Below, piece by piece: positions 29,841 through 39,391 of a stretch of 64,000 nucleotides of DNA. The notes under the pieces were generated by a model. That model worked only from the letters and a program-made list of their open reading frames with translations, did not search any database and was not told the DNA's origin. A program made the position numbers and the translations under genes. This DNA comes from Cenarchaeum sp. (lineage in GTDB: Archaea > Thermoproteota > Nitrososphaeria > Nitrososphaerales > Nitrosopumilaceae): NCBI GenBank assembly GCA_965242695.1, contig CBDESU010000001.1, positions 2,016,001 to 2,080,000 on the forward strand. Direction: 5' to 3'. How positions within the stretch are numbered: position 1 is the stretch's first letter; each line of letters opens with the position of its first letter.

Positions 29841-31004
29841 ATGCGCGGGAGGACGGGACAAGCAGCACTGGCCGCAGTGGCGGCGGTTGCCGCGCTGGCG
29901 TGCGCGGCGCTGGCCGGCGGCGATGCCGAGGCGCAGGAGCCGCTGTCCATCGAGATTGCAGATCGCTACGTAAAGGGCGACACGATAGCCATATCCGGCA
30001 CGGTGCGTAGCATCGACCCCACGCTCATTCATAGCGTCACGATCATGATACGCGATCCGAGCGGCAACATCGTCGGCATAAACCAGGCAACGCCGGCCGG
30101 CGACGGCACGTACTCTACCTCGATAGTGGCCGACGGCCCCAGGTGGAAGGACCCCGGCGCCTACGAGGTGCGCGTCCAGTACTCGGCCCAGAGGGCCAGC
30201 ACGACGTTTGAGTTTTTCCCGGGCGACGGCACGGCGCCGGCGCCGGATCCAGCCCCCCCGGCCCCCGTGGCGCCCGAGCCGGACCCGACTCCGGCGCCTC
30301 CGCCGCCGGCCCCCGACCCGACGCCGGCCCCGCCAGCCCCCGTGGCGCCGGCCCCCATAGTGCCCGACCCAGCGCCCCCGCCGCCCCCACCCCCCCCTCC
30401 GCCTCCAGCGCAGCCCGATCTTGAGTGCGGCCCCGGAACCGTAGAGCAGGACGGGCAGTGCGTGGCAGAAGAGCCAGAAGAGCCGGCCGCGCCCACGTGC
30501 CCCGCCGGCCAGACGCTCGAGGACGGCAGGTGCGTCGACGTAAAGCCCGACCTGAACTGCGGCCCCGGAACCGTAGAGCAGGACGGGCAGTGCGTGGCGG
30601 TGCCCGATACGTCTTCCGGCAGCTGCCTCATAGCTACGGCAGCGCACGGAACAGAGCTTGCCCCGCAGGTCCAGCTGCTGCGCGAGCTGCGCGACGGGAC
30701 TGTAATGACGACGGCATCCGGCGCATCGTTCATGTCGGGGTTCAACGCGGCGTACTATTCGTTCGCCCCGGCGGTAGCAGACATGGAGCGCGAGATCCCC
30801 GCCGTGCGCGACGCAGTCCGCCTGCTCATCACCCCGATGCTCGCATCCCTTTCCGTAATGTCGCTGGCCGAGGGCGGCTCGGACGCGCAGGTGCTCGCGC
30901 TTGGGTCAATAGTCATTGCCCTCAACGCCGGCCTCTATATTGCGGCGCCGGCGGTTGCCGGAACGATCCTCTCCAGAAGGCTGGCGAGGCGCTGGCGCCG
31001 GTAG
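29841..31004 (+). CDS. CFI-box-CTERM domain surface protein with Pro-rich linker
   Basis: Signal peptide; CGPGTVEQDGQCV repeats; GSCLIATAAHGTELAPQVQLLRELRD...YYSFAP and C-terminal TM; TATATAAATA upstream. Confidence 0.9.
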   Translation: MRGRTGQAALAAVAAVAALACAALAGGDAEAQEPLSIEIADRYVKGDTIAISGTVRSIDPTLIHSVTIMIRDPSGNIVGINQATPAGDGTYSTSIVADGPRWKDPGAYEVRVQYSAQRASTTFEFFPGDGTAPAPDPAPPAPVAPEPDPTPAPPPPAPDPTPAPPAPVAPAPIVPDPAPPPPPPPPPPPAQPDLECGPGTVEQDGQCVAEEPEEPAAPTCPAGQTLEDGRCVDVKPDLNCGPGTVEQDGQCVAVPDTSSGSCLIATAAHGTELAPQVQLLRELRDGTVMTTASGASFMSGFNAAYYSFAPAVADMEREIPAVRDAVRLLITPMLASLSVMSLAEGGSDAQVLALGSIVIALNAGLYIAAPAVAGTILSRRLARRWRR

Positions 31005-31046
31005 CGGCGCGGCGGCGTTCTGCACGGGCAATGTCGCCCTGACCTG

Positions 31047-31356
31047 TAGGCGCAACCAACAACTTGGTAGGCCATCGTTGGAACGGGGCCGAACCGGTAC
31101 GTAGAGTTGTGCGAGGCAGGCGCAGCCAACAACCCGGCAGGCTGCTACAAATCTGCGCGTTTTGCGTACCGCATACGAGAACCGACGCAAGTGCAGCCAA
31201 CAACCCGGCAGGCCGTCGCTGGGCGGCATAGGCAGTGACAACCTCGACGGGGCCACAACAGGCGCAGCCAACAACCCGGCAGGCCTTACCGGTCGAAGGT
31301 TGTCGAGGCGCGTGGCCAGGACGCGGTCGTAGGAGCAGCCAACAACTCGGCAGGCC
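31047..31356. CRISPR. CRISPR-like repeat/spacer array without cas genes: 5 repeats, 4 unique spacers
   Basis: Consensus YAGGCGCAGCCAACAACCCGGCAGGCC; 24-bp cores start at 31050, 31120, 31191, 31262, 31333; period not a multiple of 3. Confidence 0.55.
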
Positions 31357-31611
31357 GCTACCGGGCCACTTGCCGGCAGCATCCGGCGCAAGCTGCTGGT
31401 ATACGACAGGCGCCTGCGTAGGATGCAACGTTCATGCCGCGGTGCGGCGCGGCGCGGCGCGGCAAGCCTTTGCAAGTTGGCCAATGCTACTCCCGCGTCG
31501 TTCCCGCAGGCGCTGCCACTACCAGCCGTGCGGGCCCTTCTAGGTCAATTGTCGTTTCTGCGTCGTCGTCCCCGCAGGACTGCGCCGCGGGCATCCGGCA
31601 ACAGCGCGCCA

Positions 31612-32472
31612 CTAGGGCGCATCCACCACACTGCCCCGCTGTGTCTCCAAGCCCATCCTCCTCTTGCAACGATCGGTGAACGCCTGCGCAGTGCTGGGGT
31701 CAAAGCCGCCACGAAGCAATTTTTTGTAGAGTGCCCCGAGATCGTCGTCCTCCTCCAGCATCTCGGCGAACCACGCTGTGGCCTTGCGGACTAGCAACTC
31801 TGCATGCCGCGCCCCCATTTCATCATAGAATATATGGACTGCCTTGATCACATCTCTCATGCCAGACTCGGTGGTAAAGTCAGCCGGCTTGCCTGCGCCC
31901 GCCTTTGTTGCACAAGACACAATACCTTCGAGGATAAAGGGCAACGCAACCGACGGAGGATCGTCGGGGGAAAATGGGTATAGAGACAAGGGTTCCCGCG
32001 ATCCTCTCAGGCTGGTTTTTTTGCCAAGTGCTTTATCCAGCTTGGGATGCCCAAAGATCCCTACTCCCCTGACGAAGTCTTTTCCAAACACTATGAATGG
32101 AAGTCCCGTGTGCCTGCGCAGCTGGTCGTGGTTCGCGTCACTTGCCACGTAACAGGCGGCATGCGTCAACCGTCTCCGCTCTCTAACGGTCACCCAATTG
32201 GCTAGATCGCCGCGCCTTATTCCCTTGTATTTTGCATCCTGAGACGGGTCAATGCTTTTGCCACCCTTGCAGTCGACAACCAGTGCATGGGACAGTGAGT
32301 CGGACACGCTGACTACGTCGGGCGTTATTGAATTCCCCTCCAAGGCGATGCGTTGCTCAACGAGTTGTATTCTGAATCCGATCATGTGCAGTGTTTGGGG
32401 CCAGCTGTTGGTGCTCATGCACAACCCAATGAACTTGTTCATTAGTCTAGTATGATCAGTCGCTGGCAGCAT
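31612..32472 (-). CDS. Putative PD-(D/E)xK nuclease-fold protein (alternative start 32442)
   Basis: ITPDVVSVSDSLSHALVVDCKGG = PD...DxK; lower GC; overlaps the upstream gene end. Confidence 0.65.
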   Translation of the reverse strand: MLPATDHTRLMNKFIGLCMSTNSWPQTLHMIGFRIQLVEQRIALEGNSITPDVVSVSDSLSHALVVDCKGGKSIDPSQDAKYKGIRRGDLANWVTVRERRRLTHAACYVASDANHDQLRRHTGLPFIVFGKDFVRGVGIFGHPKLDKALGKKTSLRGSREPLSLYPFSPDDPPSVALPFILEGIVSCATKAGAGKPADFTTESGMRDVIKAVHIFYDEMGARHAELLVRKATAWFAEMLEEDDDLGALYKKLLRGGFDPSTAQAFTDRCKRRMGLETQRGSVVDAP

Positions 32473-33595
32473 CTTCCACCTGCCTGCAGCGTACGCCGGC
32501 GCCAAAGCGCGCCTGAAGGTTACAGAGAAGCCGCATGATTGTGTTGCCAGATCCCTGCTTGTTGAGGTACACGCGCATCATGTTGTCGGCAATTTCAAAA
32601 TTCAAGGGATCGCCAGTGTGTAAGTCTACCGCTGCGACGCTGTAGTAGCCCGGTTCCACTTCGGATTCGAGGCCCCACAGCCGGAACGGCCCAGATGTGT
32701 TGAAGAGGCGGCGTATTAACTGTTCTACGTCCGGTATCGTTCTATTAAATGTAAAGTCTAACGGTTCTCCCTGGTATATCCGCTTCCCATCGATGGGGTA
32801 AACACCCAGCCTGCATCTTTCGATCGCTTCAATCGTTCTGGCGTACCGATTTTTCGATGCGCGTACCAGGTTGACATGATCCTGTATCGACTTGCCTCGC
32901 TTTATCACAAAATATCCATCGTCGTAGACGTCATCGTGCACATAGTCATAGGCATCGTGTGCTTCGCCCCGCATTACACGGATTTTTCTGTAGGCGATCG
33001 TATCTTGAAGATGGTCGTTGTCCCTCAAGTAGCCTTCGATGTTCCGCGCCATAGATCCGTTTACTGTCAGATTCAGATCCTCAAGCGGAGGGGTGATGGC
33101 GCCACCATCGTCGGCAAGCCCGCCTGCAAAGTGCACGCCAAAGCCTTGGAACGTGTTGCCCCCGTCTTTGGCTATCGCATCAAGCACGGCGTGCGGCAGC
33201 CACATACGATCAAAGGAGGGCGGGCGCAGTTCAACAAGCCCGTCAACGGCCGCCTTCGCGTCCCTTGAGCTGTTGCAGGTGTGCAGTATAAAGAACCTCC
33301 TGTCGCTCACGTCTGCAAAGAACTCGGCCGGAGGCGCCGTGTCCCTGCGCACACGGAGTATCTTAATTTCGTCGACGCCTGTGCCGTCGATCTCCCATGC
33401 GGTGCCGTTCAATCCCCCGTGCGGCACAGTCCTGCCGTTTGTCTCTATCACATAGGATCCTAGCTCCCGAGGCCATCCCCGCCCCGAATCCCCGCGATCC
33501 TCACCCGGGGGCGAGGCGATCTGATCTTCCAAGTAGTCCATGAGCTGCTTCTTCGTCTGCACCTTGGGTAGATGTATGGGAGTTTGTACGGCCAT
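32456..33595 (-). CDS. Hypothetical protein (~379 aa), partner of the putative nuclease
   Basis: Long ORF with globular composition in a lower-GC island; no family recognised. Confidence 0.75.
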   Translation of the reverse strand: MAVQTPIHLPKVQTKKQLMDYLEDQIASPPGEDRGDSGRGWPRELGSYVIETNGRTVPHGGLNGTAWEIDGTGVDEIKILRVRRDTAPPAEFFADVSDRRFFILHTCNSSRDAKAAVDGLVELRPPSFDRMWLPHAVLDAIAKDGGNTFQGFGVHFAGGLADDGGAITPPLEDLNLTVNGSMARNIEGYLRDNDHLQDTIAYRKIRVMRGEAHDAYDYVHDDVYDDGYFVIKRGKSIQDHVNLVRASKNRYARTIEAIERCRLGVYPIDGKRIYQGEPLDFTFNRTIPDVEQLIRRLFNTSGPFRLWGLESEVEPGYYSVAAVDLHTGDPLNFEIADNMMRVYLNKQGSGNTIMRLLCNLQARFGAGVRCRQVEDAASD

Positions 33596-34012
33596 CACTG
33601 CCCACCGCCCGCGGCCCCTGAGGCAGCTTGTCCTCCCGACCGCGCCATCACACGATCGGAGGCTTGCATCCCAGTGCAATCCGCCATCTCTATTCCCATC
33701 CTCGCTCACAGCAGCGCGTGTGGGGGATGATTTTAGTGTTGAGTTCGGGCGCAGCGCAGGGCAGTCGATTCGCCGGCGCCGCGGCGGGCCCGAGCGTGTC
33801 TAGAGAGTGCCGCGTGGTCGAGCCCGGCGTCGGAGGGCCGATGCGGCAGGTTCCGCCCGCAGGGGAGTACCGTCTGGCCGCGCCGGAAGCGGCGCGCCTG
33901 CTTGCCAGCTGTCGCCCGCACGATCCCGGATGCGGCAGGGGGCGCCTCCTAGCCGCGGGGTGGTGCCACCCTGCGCGGCAAGAACAGCCCCTACGGGACG
34001 CGCCGCCCCTCT

Positions 34013-34186
34013 CTACGTGTCGTACGTGGCCACCGAGAAGACGAACTGGATGATGAACCCGATCGTCCCGACCCCGCCGATGCCGAGCAGCACGAGCCTG
34101 AGGTGCTGCATGTAGTCGTCCTTGTCCGACTTTTTCGCCATCTTTATGGTGTTGAGCATGTTCTTGAGCGTCTGCTTGGGCCTCAT
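34013..34186 (-). CDS. secE: Protein translocase SecE/Sec61-gamma
   Basis: Manual translation MRPKQTLKNMLNTIKMAKKSDKDDYMQHLRLVLLGIGGVGTIGFIIQFVFSVATYDT. Confidence 0.9.
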   Translation of the reverse strand: MRPKQTLKNMLNTIKMAKKSDKDDYMQHLRLVLLGIGGVGTIGFIIQFVFSVATYDT

Positions 34187-34225
34187 TCGGGCGGGCTTAA
34201 TAGGGGCCGCTTATATCCGTTGCGC

Positions 34226-35059
34226 GTGGACCTCTTCGCCGCCCACGCCGGCGACCCCGCCGGCCGGCGCATGGCCGAGAGCCTCGCGTCCGGCATGGAC
34301 GAGGAGAGGGGGGCCGCGGGCAGGGGCAGGCTGTACAGGGGGCCGAGCTACGACGTGCTAGTCAGCGACGGGCCCGTCGTGGAGGCCGACTGGCTCGGCG
34401 AGGGGTCAGGCGAGGGCTGGGGCAAGAGGTACTCGGGGTTCGTATTCCTCTCCAGGCACGCCGCAAAGTCGGGCGTGCCGGCCCTGACGTGCCACTCTAC
34501 GGGCAACTTTGGCCCCGCCTCCCTGGGCGGGCGCGACGGGCAGGTCGCCGTGCCGTACCCCGAGATGCACGGCGAGTTCATGAGGCGCCTCCACGCGGGC
34601 AGGGCGCAGTTTGGCGGGTTCGAGATAACGATCGAGGCGACCCACCACGGGCCGACCGACCTGGAGCGGCCGTCGGTCTTCGTCGAGGTCGGCACGACCG
34701 AGGCGCAGTGGACCGACGATGCCCTGTGCGCGGCGGTCGCCGGGATCGCCGGCGGGGCCGCCGAGGCGGTCGCAGGCGGCGGCAGGGACGCGGCCGGCCG
34801 GCCGCCGCGCGCCGTCTGCTTTGGGGGGACGCACTATCCGAGGAAATTCACAGACGCCGTGGTCCAGGGCAGGTACGACCTGGGCACGGTAGTGCCCAAG
34901 CACGCCCTCGGCTCGCTAGACGGCCGGATGCTCTCGCACATACTAGAGAGGAACGCGCCGGTGGAGACGGCCCTCGTCGACGCAAAGGGGCTCGGCGCCC
35001 ACAGGTCCCGCGTCCTCGGCATGCTCGAGTCGTCGTGGCTCGAGGTGGTCCGCGTATGA
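34226..35059 (+). CDS. dtdA: D-aminoacyl-tRNA deacylase (DTD2/GEK1)
   Basis: FLSRHAAKSG-PALTCHSTGNF, EATHHGPT, FVEVGT, FGGTHY. Confidence 0.92.
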   Translation: MDLFAAHAGDPAGRRMAESLASGMDEERGAAGRGRLYRGPSYDVLVSDGPVVEADWLGEGSGEGWGKRYSGFVFLSRHAAKSGVPALTCHSTGNFGPASLGGRDGQVAVPYPEMHGEFMRRLHAGRAQFGGFEITIEATHHGPTDLERPSVFVEVGTTEAQWTDDALCAAVAGIAGGAAEAVAGGGRDAAGRPPRAVCFGGTHYPRKFTDAVVQGRYDLGTVVPKHALGSLDGRMLSHILERNAPVETALVDAKGLGAHRSRVLGMLESSWLEVVRV

Positions 35060-35430
35060 GCCCCTCCGAGCGCGTGTACCGCGCGCTGTGCTCCGTCCCG
35101 CGCGGCACTGTAGTCACGTACGCCGACCTGGCAAGGGCCGCGGGGATCGAGAACGGGCAGCGCGCCGTCGGACGCATGATGGCGACCAACCCGTACCCCG
35201 GAATAGTCCCGTGCCACAGGGTCGTGCGCTCGGACGGGCGCATCGGGGGGTACATGTACGGCGCAGAGTCGAAGGCGGCCATGCTCAGGAGGGAGGGCGT
35301 CAAGGTCGACGGCGGCGGCAGGGTCGTCGGGTTCGACGCAGGAACGGCCAGGTTCAGGCCCGAGGCGGGCGCCGGCGGCGGCAGGGGGCGCGGCGCGGGT
35401 ACGGATCGGCGCGGTCGGCGGAAGCGCTAG
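35056..35430 (+). CDS. ogt: O6-methylguanine-DNA methyltransferase (C-terminal domain)
   Basis: VPRGTVVTYADLA, RAVG, NP...VPCHRVV active-site motif. Confidence 0.88.
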   Translation: MSPSERVYRALCSVPRGTVVTYADLARAAGIENGQRAVGRMMATNPYPGIVPCHRVVRSDGRIGGYMYGAESKAAMLRREGVKVDGGGRVVGFDAGTARFRPEAGAGGGRGRGAGTDRRGRRKR

Positions 35431-36020
35431 GGCGGCGCGTCGACTACACCCGCAACAAGCGAGTACACCACGAGCGCCGCGTACGGCGCCAGCGTGACAA
35501 AGCCGAGGTACAGGCACCGCCTTGCCTTGAGCGCATCGTCATACCGCAGGGCAAAGTAGATGATCAGGCCGGCCATTATCCCTCCCAGCAGGGCCACGAC
35601 GTACCACCAGTTGCTTCGGCGCCTCTGGCAGCCGTCCTGCGCGGGCCGGGCGGCCGGCGGGTCGTCCGTGCCGTCCTGCGCGGGCCGGGCGGCCGGCGGG
35701 TCGTCCGTGCCGTCCTGCGCGGGCCGGGCGGCCGGCGGGTCGTCCGTGCCGTCCTGCGCGGGCCGGGCGGCCAGCGGGTCGTCCGTGCCGTCCTGCGCGG
35801 GCCGGGCGGCCAGCGGGTCGTCCGTGCCGTCCTGCGCGGGCCGGGCGGCCGGCGGGTCGTCCGTGCCGTCCTGCGCGGGCCGGGCGGCCGGCGGGTCGTC
35901 CGTGCCGTCCTGCGCGGGCCGGGCGGCCGGCGGGTCGTCCGTGCCGTCCTGCGCGGGCCGGGCGGCCGGCGGGTCGTCCGTGCCGTCCTGCGCGGGCCGG
36001 GCGGCCGGCGGGTCTGCCAT
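35427..36020 (-). CDS. Membrane protein with ten 13-aa tandem repeats
   Basis: (DPPAARPAQDGTD)x10 followed by RRSNWWY and two TM helices; AATATATT box upstream. Confidence 0.75.
   Translation of the reverse strand: MADPPAARPAQDGTDDPPAARPAQDGTDDPPAARPAQDGTDDPPAARPAQDGTDDPPAARPAQDGTDDPLAARPAQDGTDDPLAARPAQDGTDDPPAARPAQDGTDDPPAARPAQDGTDDPPAARPAQDGCQRRRSNWWYVVALLGGIMAGLIIYFALRYDDALKARRCLYLGFVTLAPYAALVVYSLVAGVVDAPP
35630..36014. repeat. 39-bp VNTR, ~10 copies
   Basis: GCCGTCCTGCGCGGGCCGGGCGGCCGGCGGGTCGTCCGT; two copies share one SNP. Confidence 0.95.
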
Positions 36021-36221
36021 GCCGGCCCGCCCAACCCCTGCAATATATTCGGACGGCGACGAGCCGAGGCAGGCGATGGCGGGTTCCGCGCCCCGAATCG
36101 CGCCCGTCACAGGGATGCGCCGCCCGTCGGCGATCAGGCAGCTGTAACGTCCAAGAAGCGCCCGCCGCGCAGCATGCTGCGATTCCAGCCCGTCTAGGCA
36201 CGGGCGCATGCAAAGCCGCCG

Positions 36222-36848
36222 CTAGGCCTTGTCCGAGATGCCTTCGCCGACGTCGGCGTCGTCGTCGGCCGGCCCGCCGTCCGCGGCCCCCTCCACTTCC
36301 TCGCCCTGCGGCGGCGGCGGGGCCTGGGCGGGTGCATCCGCGGGGGTCGAGGCGGCGCCGGCATCCGGCTCTGCGGCCGCCGCCGCAGCGGCCCCGCCCG
36401 GCCGGCCCTCCTTTGCCTCGGCGATCAGCAGCCGCAGGTGGGCCTTGTTGCGGACCGTGTTGCCGCCGACCTTCTTGTAGAGCTCCCAAAACTCGGGGTT
36501 GGTGATCTCGGCCCTGTCCTTTGCCACCTTTAGCAGGTGCCGCAGCGCCCTGACCTTCTTTACGTACACCTGCTTCTTGCCGATGCGGGCGCCCGAGCGG
36601 CCGTGCTTCGAGCCGGCCTTTGTGCCGCGCTTGGAGCGCTGCAGCCTCTTGCGGCGGGCCCTGCCGCGCGACGTCCCGACGATCGGCTTTATCAGGATCT
36701 TGCCGGCGGTGACGAGGCTGCGCATGTCGCTGCGCGTGATCGCGTCGGATATGTCCTCTAGGTGCTCGGGGTCAAAGTAGATGCGGTGCACGCCGGCGCC
36801 CGTCACGCGCGAGACGAGCCGCTTCTTGGCCCGCAGGTTAACTACCAA
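36222..36848 (-). CDS. rpl19e: 50S ribosomal protein L19e with acidic/Ala-rich C-terminal extension
   Basis: NLRAKKRL, AITRSDMRSL, GTSRGRAR. Confidence 0.95.
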   Translation of the reverse strand: MVVNLRAKKRLVSRVTGAGVHRIYFDPEHLEDISDAITRSDMRSLVTAGKILIKPIVGTSRGRARRKRLQRSKRGTKAGSKHGRSGARIGKKQVYVKKVRALRHLLKVAKDRAEITNPEFWELYKKVGGNTVRNKAHLRLLIAEAKEGRPGGAAAAAAAEPDAGAASTPADAPAQAPPPPQGEEVEGAADGGPADDDADVGEGISDKA

Positions 36849-37236
36849 CGGGCATCACCCTTGCGTTGAACACCCGAAACTTGCGCGATATCGCCTCGCC
36901 GGCTATCTGGATGCGCTTGCGCCTGCCGACGCCGTGCGCGATGCGGACGCCGTCGCGCGCGGGGTCCAGGCCGTCGAGCCCCGCCACGTTGTGCACCAGG
37001 TTGTCCGTGTACCCCGACGGGTGCAGGCCCTTTGTCTCCCTGGCGCCGCCGTACCCAACCTTTACGATGCCCGGCCGGCCGCGGCTCTTCTGCTTGCGCT
37101 GGTGGTTGTCAATGCCCTTTGGCTTGCGCCACGTCGTCTCGAGGCGCACGTAGCGCCAGCTCTCGGGGCGCACAAACGTGGGCCTGCGCCTAGACACCTC
37201 GTCGCGCTCCCTCATGAGCTTTCTTGCCACCGGCAC
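36838..37236 (-). CDS. rpl32e: 50S ribosomal protein L32e
   Basis: PTFVRPESWRYVRL-TTWRKPKGIDN, GLHPSG. Confidence 0.95.
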   Translation of the reverse strand: MPVARKLMRERDEVSRRRPTFVRPESWRYVRLETTWRKPKGIDNHQRKQKSRGRPGIVKVGYGGARETKGLHPSGYTDNLVHNVAGLDGLDPARDGVRIAHGVGRRKRIQIAGEAISRKFRVFNARVMPVGS

Positions 37237-37591
37237 GGGCCGCCGGCCCGGATTTTTGAATAAATAGCTAACGAGTAGGCCGGGGAGGGGCGCCGGCATG
37301 CCTGCCCGCGCCCTCCGCCGGCCGGCCGCGGAGGCCGCGCGCACCGGGACGGGGGCGCGCCGCGCAGAGGCGCATGTGCCTTGCATCCCCCCACGGCGCC
37401 AGTCCCGCAAGGCAGCGCCGCCGTGGGCCGCGGAGGCGCAGGGCGGGGGCCTTTGCCGCCCCGTGCCAGCTTCTCCCCCTCTCCCCCCCTCCCGTCCGCC
37501 GTCCCCTCCGGCGCCCGCCCTCCCCGGCGCGGGCATGCCCCGCCGCCCCCGCCGCATACCCTTTAAAGGAGCCAACGGGCGCGGCCCGCGC

Positions 37592-38254
37592 ATGGTAAGC
37601 GAGGGCGAGATCGCCGAGATGATCCGCGGGGCAAAGGAGACGTCCGGAAAGCGCCACTTCAAGCAGTCGGTCGAGATGATCATCGTCTTCAAGGACATCG
37701 ACGTCAAGAAGGGCTTTGCCATAAACGAGACCGTCCAGCTGCCAAAGACGAGCTCGCCGTCGACCGTCTGCGTCATGGCGTCGGGCGACATGGGCGTAAA
37801 GGCAAAGGCGGCGAGCGCCGACATGGTCGTCGATGCCGACGAGATCGGGCGCCTCGGCGCCAACAAGCGCGAGTCGCGCAAGTTCATCAACAGGTACGAC
37901 TTCTTCCTGGCCGACACGCAGCTCATGCCGACGGTCGGCAAGGTGCTCGGCCAGATACTCGGGCCCCGCGGCAAGATGCCGGCCCCCGTGCCGTTCAACG
38001 CCCCCATCGAGGCGTTCCTTGAGCGGTTCAGGTCGTCGATCAGGGTCAGGGTGCGCGGGTCGCTGTCGCTGTCGTGCAAGATCGGCGACGAGACCATGGA
38101 AGACGCCGACCTGGCCGCCAACGCGATGGCCGTCTACTCTACGGTCGAGAAAAAGCTGCCCAACGCCGACAAGAACGTCCGGCGCGTCATGGTAAAGACC
38201 ACGATGGGCAGGGTCGTAAAGCCGGCCGTCCAGGCCCGGGCAAGGGGCAGGTGA
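37592..38254 (+). CDS. rpl1: 50S ribosomal protein L1
   Basis: RHFKQSVEM, GQILGPRGKMP, VKTTMG; TTTAAA box upstream. Confidence 0.96.
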   Translation: MVSEGEIAEMIRGAKETSGKRHFKQSVEMIIVFKDIDVKKGFAINETVQLPKTSSPSTVCVMASGDMGVKAKAASADMVVDADEIGRLGANKRESRKFINRYDFFLADTQLMPTVGKVLGQILGPRGKMPAPVPFNAPIEAFLERFRSSIRVRVRGSLSLSCKIGDETMEDADLAANAMAVYSTVEKKLPNADKNVRRVMVKTTMGRVVKPAVQARARGR

Positions 38255-38260
38255 CCCGCA

Positions 38261-39136
38261 GTGCGCGAGAACAGGGAGACGTACCCCGCCGCCAAGGCCC
38301 GCATGTACCAGGCCCTCCAGGAGGCGCCGCAGCGCTACAGGGTCGTCGCGCTCGTCAGGATGGAAAAGGTGCGCGCCTCGCAGATACTGCCGCTGCGCAA
38401 AAAGCTCGCCGGCGACGTCTCGTTCGTCAGCATAAAGGACAAGGTGGCGCGCAAGGCGCTAGAGGGCGTCAAGGAAAAGGTGCCCGGCCTGGCAGGGATG
38501 GTCTCAAAGCTGGCAGGCCAGTGCATGTTCATGTTTACGGACATGTCGCCGTTCAAGCTCAACGTCGTCCTCTCGAAGAGCACCATCATGCTGCCGGCGC
38601 GCGCCGGCGACACGGCGAGCATCGACGTAGTCGTCCCCGCAAAGAACACGGGGATCGCGCCGGGGCCCATGCTCACCGTGTTCAAGGACGCCGGCATCCC
38701 GACAAAGATAGACCAGGGGACGATCTGGATCACAAAGGATACGGTCCCCGTAAAGAAGGGCGGCACGATCGACGGCAACCTGGCCCCGCTGCTCGCAAAG
38801 CTCGACATAAAGCCGGTCGAGGCCGGCATACTCCTCGACTCGGCGCTCGAGGACGGCGTAGTCTACTCGGCCGGCGAGTTAGTCGTCGACGTTGCGGCCG
38901 TCAGGGACGGGCTCGGCGCGGCGCACGCAGACGCGCTAGCGCTGTCCGTCGAGGCCGCATACCCGACCGCCGGCAACATTCAGCAGATACTCGCAAGGGC
39001 CGCCCAGCGCGCATCGTCGCTGTCCGTCGAGGCCGCCATCATGACGGCCGACACCGGCGCGCCCATACTGCAGAGGGCGCACTCGCAGGCGGCCGCGCTC
39101 CTGGCCGCGGCCGAGTCCAAGGGCTACTCTGCATAG
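38261..39136 (+). CDS. rplP0: 50S ribosomal protein L10 (P0)
   Basis: PARAGDTASIDVVVPAKNTGIAPGP, GIPTKIDQGTIWI. Confidence 0.95.
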   Translation: MRENRETYPAAKARMYQALQEAPQRYRVVALVRMEKVRASQILPLRKKLAGDVSFVSIKDKVARKALEGVKEKVPGLAGMVSKLAGQCMFMFTDMSPFKLNVVLSKSTIMLPARAGDTASIDVVVPAKNTGIAPGPMLTVFKDAGIPTKIDQGTIWITKDTVPVKKGGTIDGNLAPLLAKLDIKPVEAGILLDSALEDGVVYSAGELVVDVAAVRDGLGAAHADALALSVEAAYPTAGNIQQILARAAQRASSLSVEAAIMTADTGAPILQRAHSQAAALLAAAESKGYSA

Positions 39137-39391
39137 GCGGCCGGCGCGGCGCCGTGCCGCACCTTGGCGTCCGCAGCGGCGGCCGCAGTCCGCCGGACGG
39201 CGCGGCATCGTTTCGCCCGCGTCGTCCCGCCGCGCGGCCTTGCGGCGGCAGGCAGGGGGCGGCATGCGGCGCGGTGCGCGGCCGTGCGGCATCGAACCGC
39301 CGGCAGGCCCGGCGGCGCGCGGCCGGCCGCCAAGCAAGCGAAGTAAAAAGACATGCGGCGGTAAGTTGCCGCGTTTGTAGCGGGTCGATCC

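Noticed and set aside
29678-30647. 323-aa N-terminal extension of the 2012-aa ORF
   Set aside because: Antisense to the CFI-box gene; a TATA box and signal peptide place the start at 29678.
31047-31356. Canonical CRISPR-Cas locus or TIGR array
   Set aside because: No cas or Nop-domain gene in the window, no GAAA(C/G) repeat end, no ~36-nt dual-repeat unit; kept only as CRISPR-like.
30906-31484. ORFs across the repeat array (AQPTTRQA / ACRVVGC peptides)
   Set aside because: The 70-71-bp period shifts frame every unit, so no coherent protein repeat exists.
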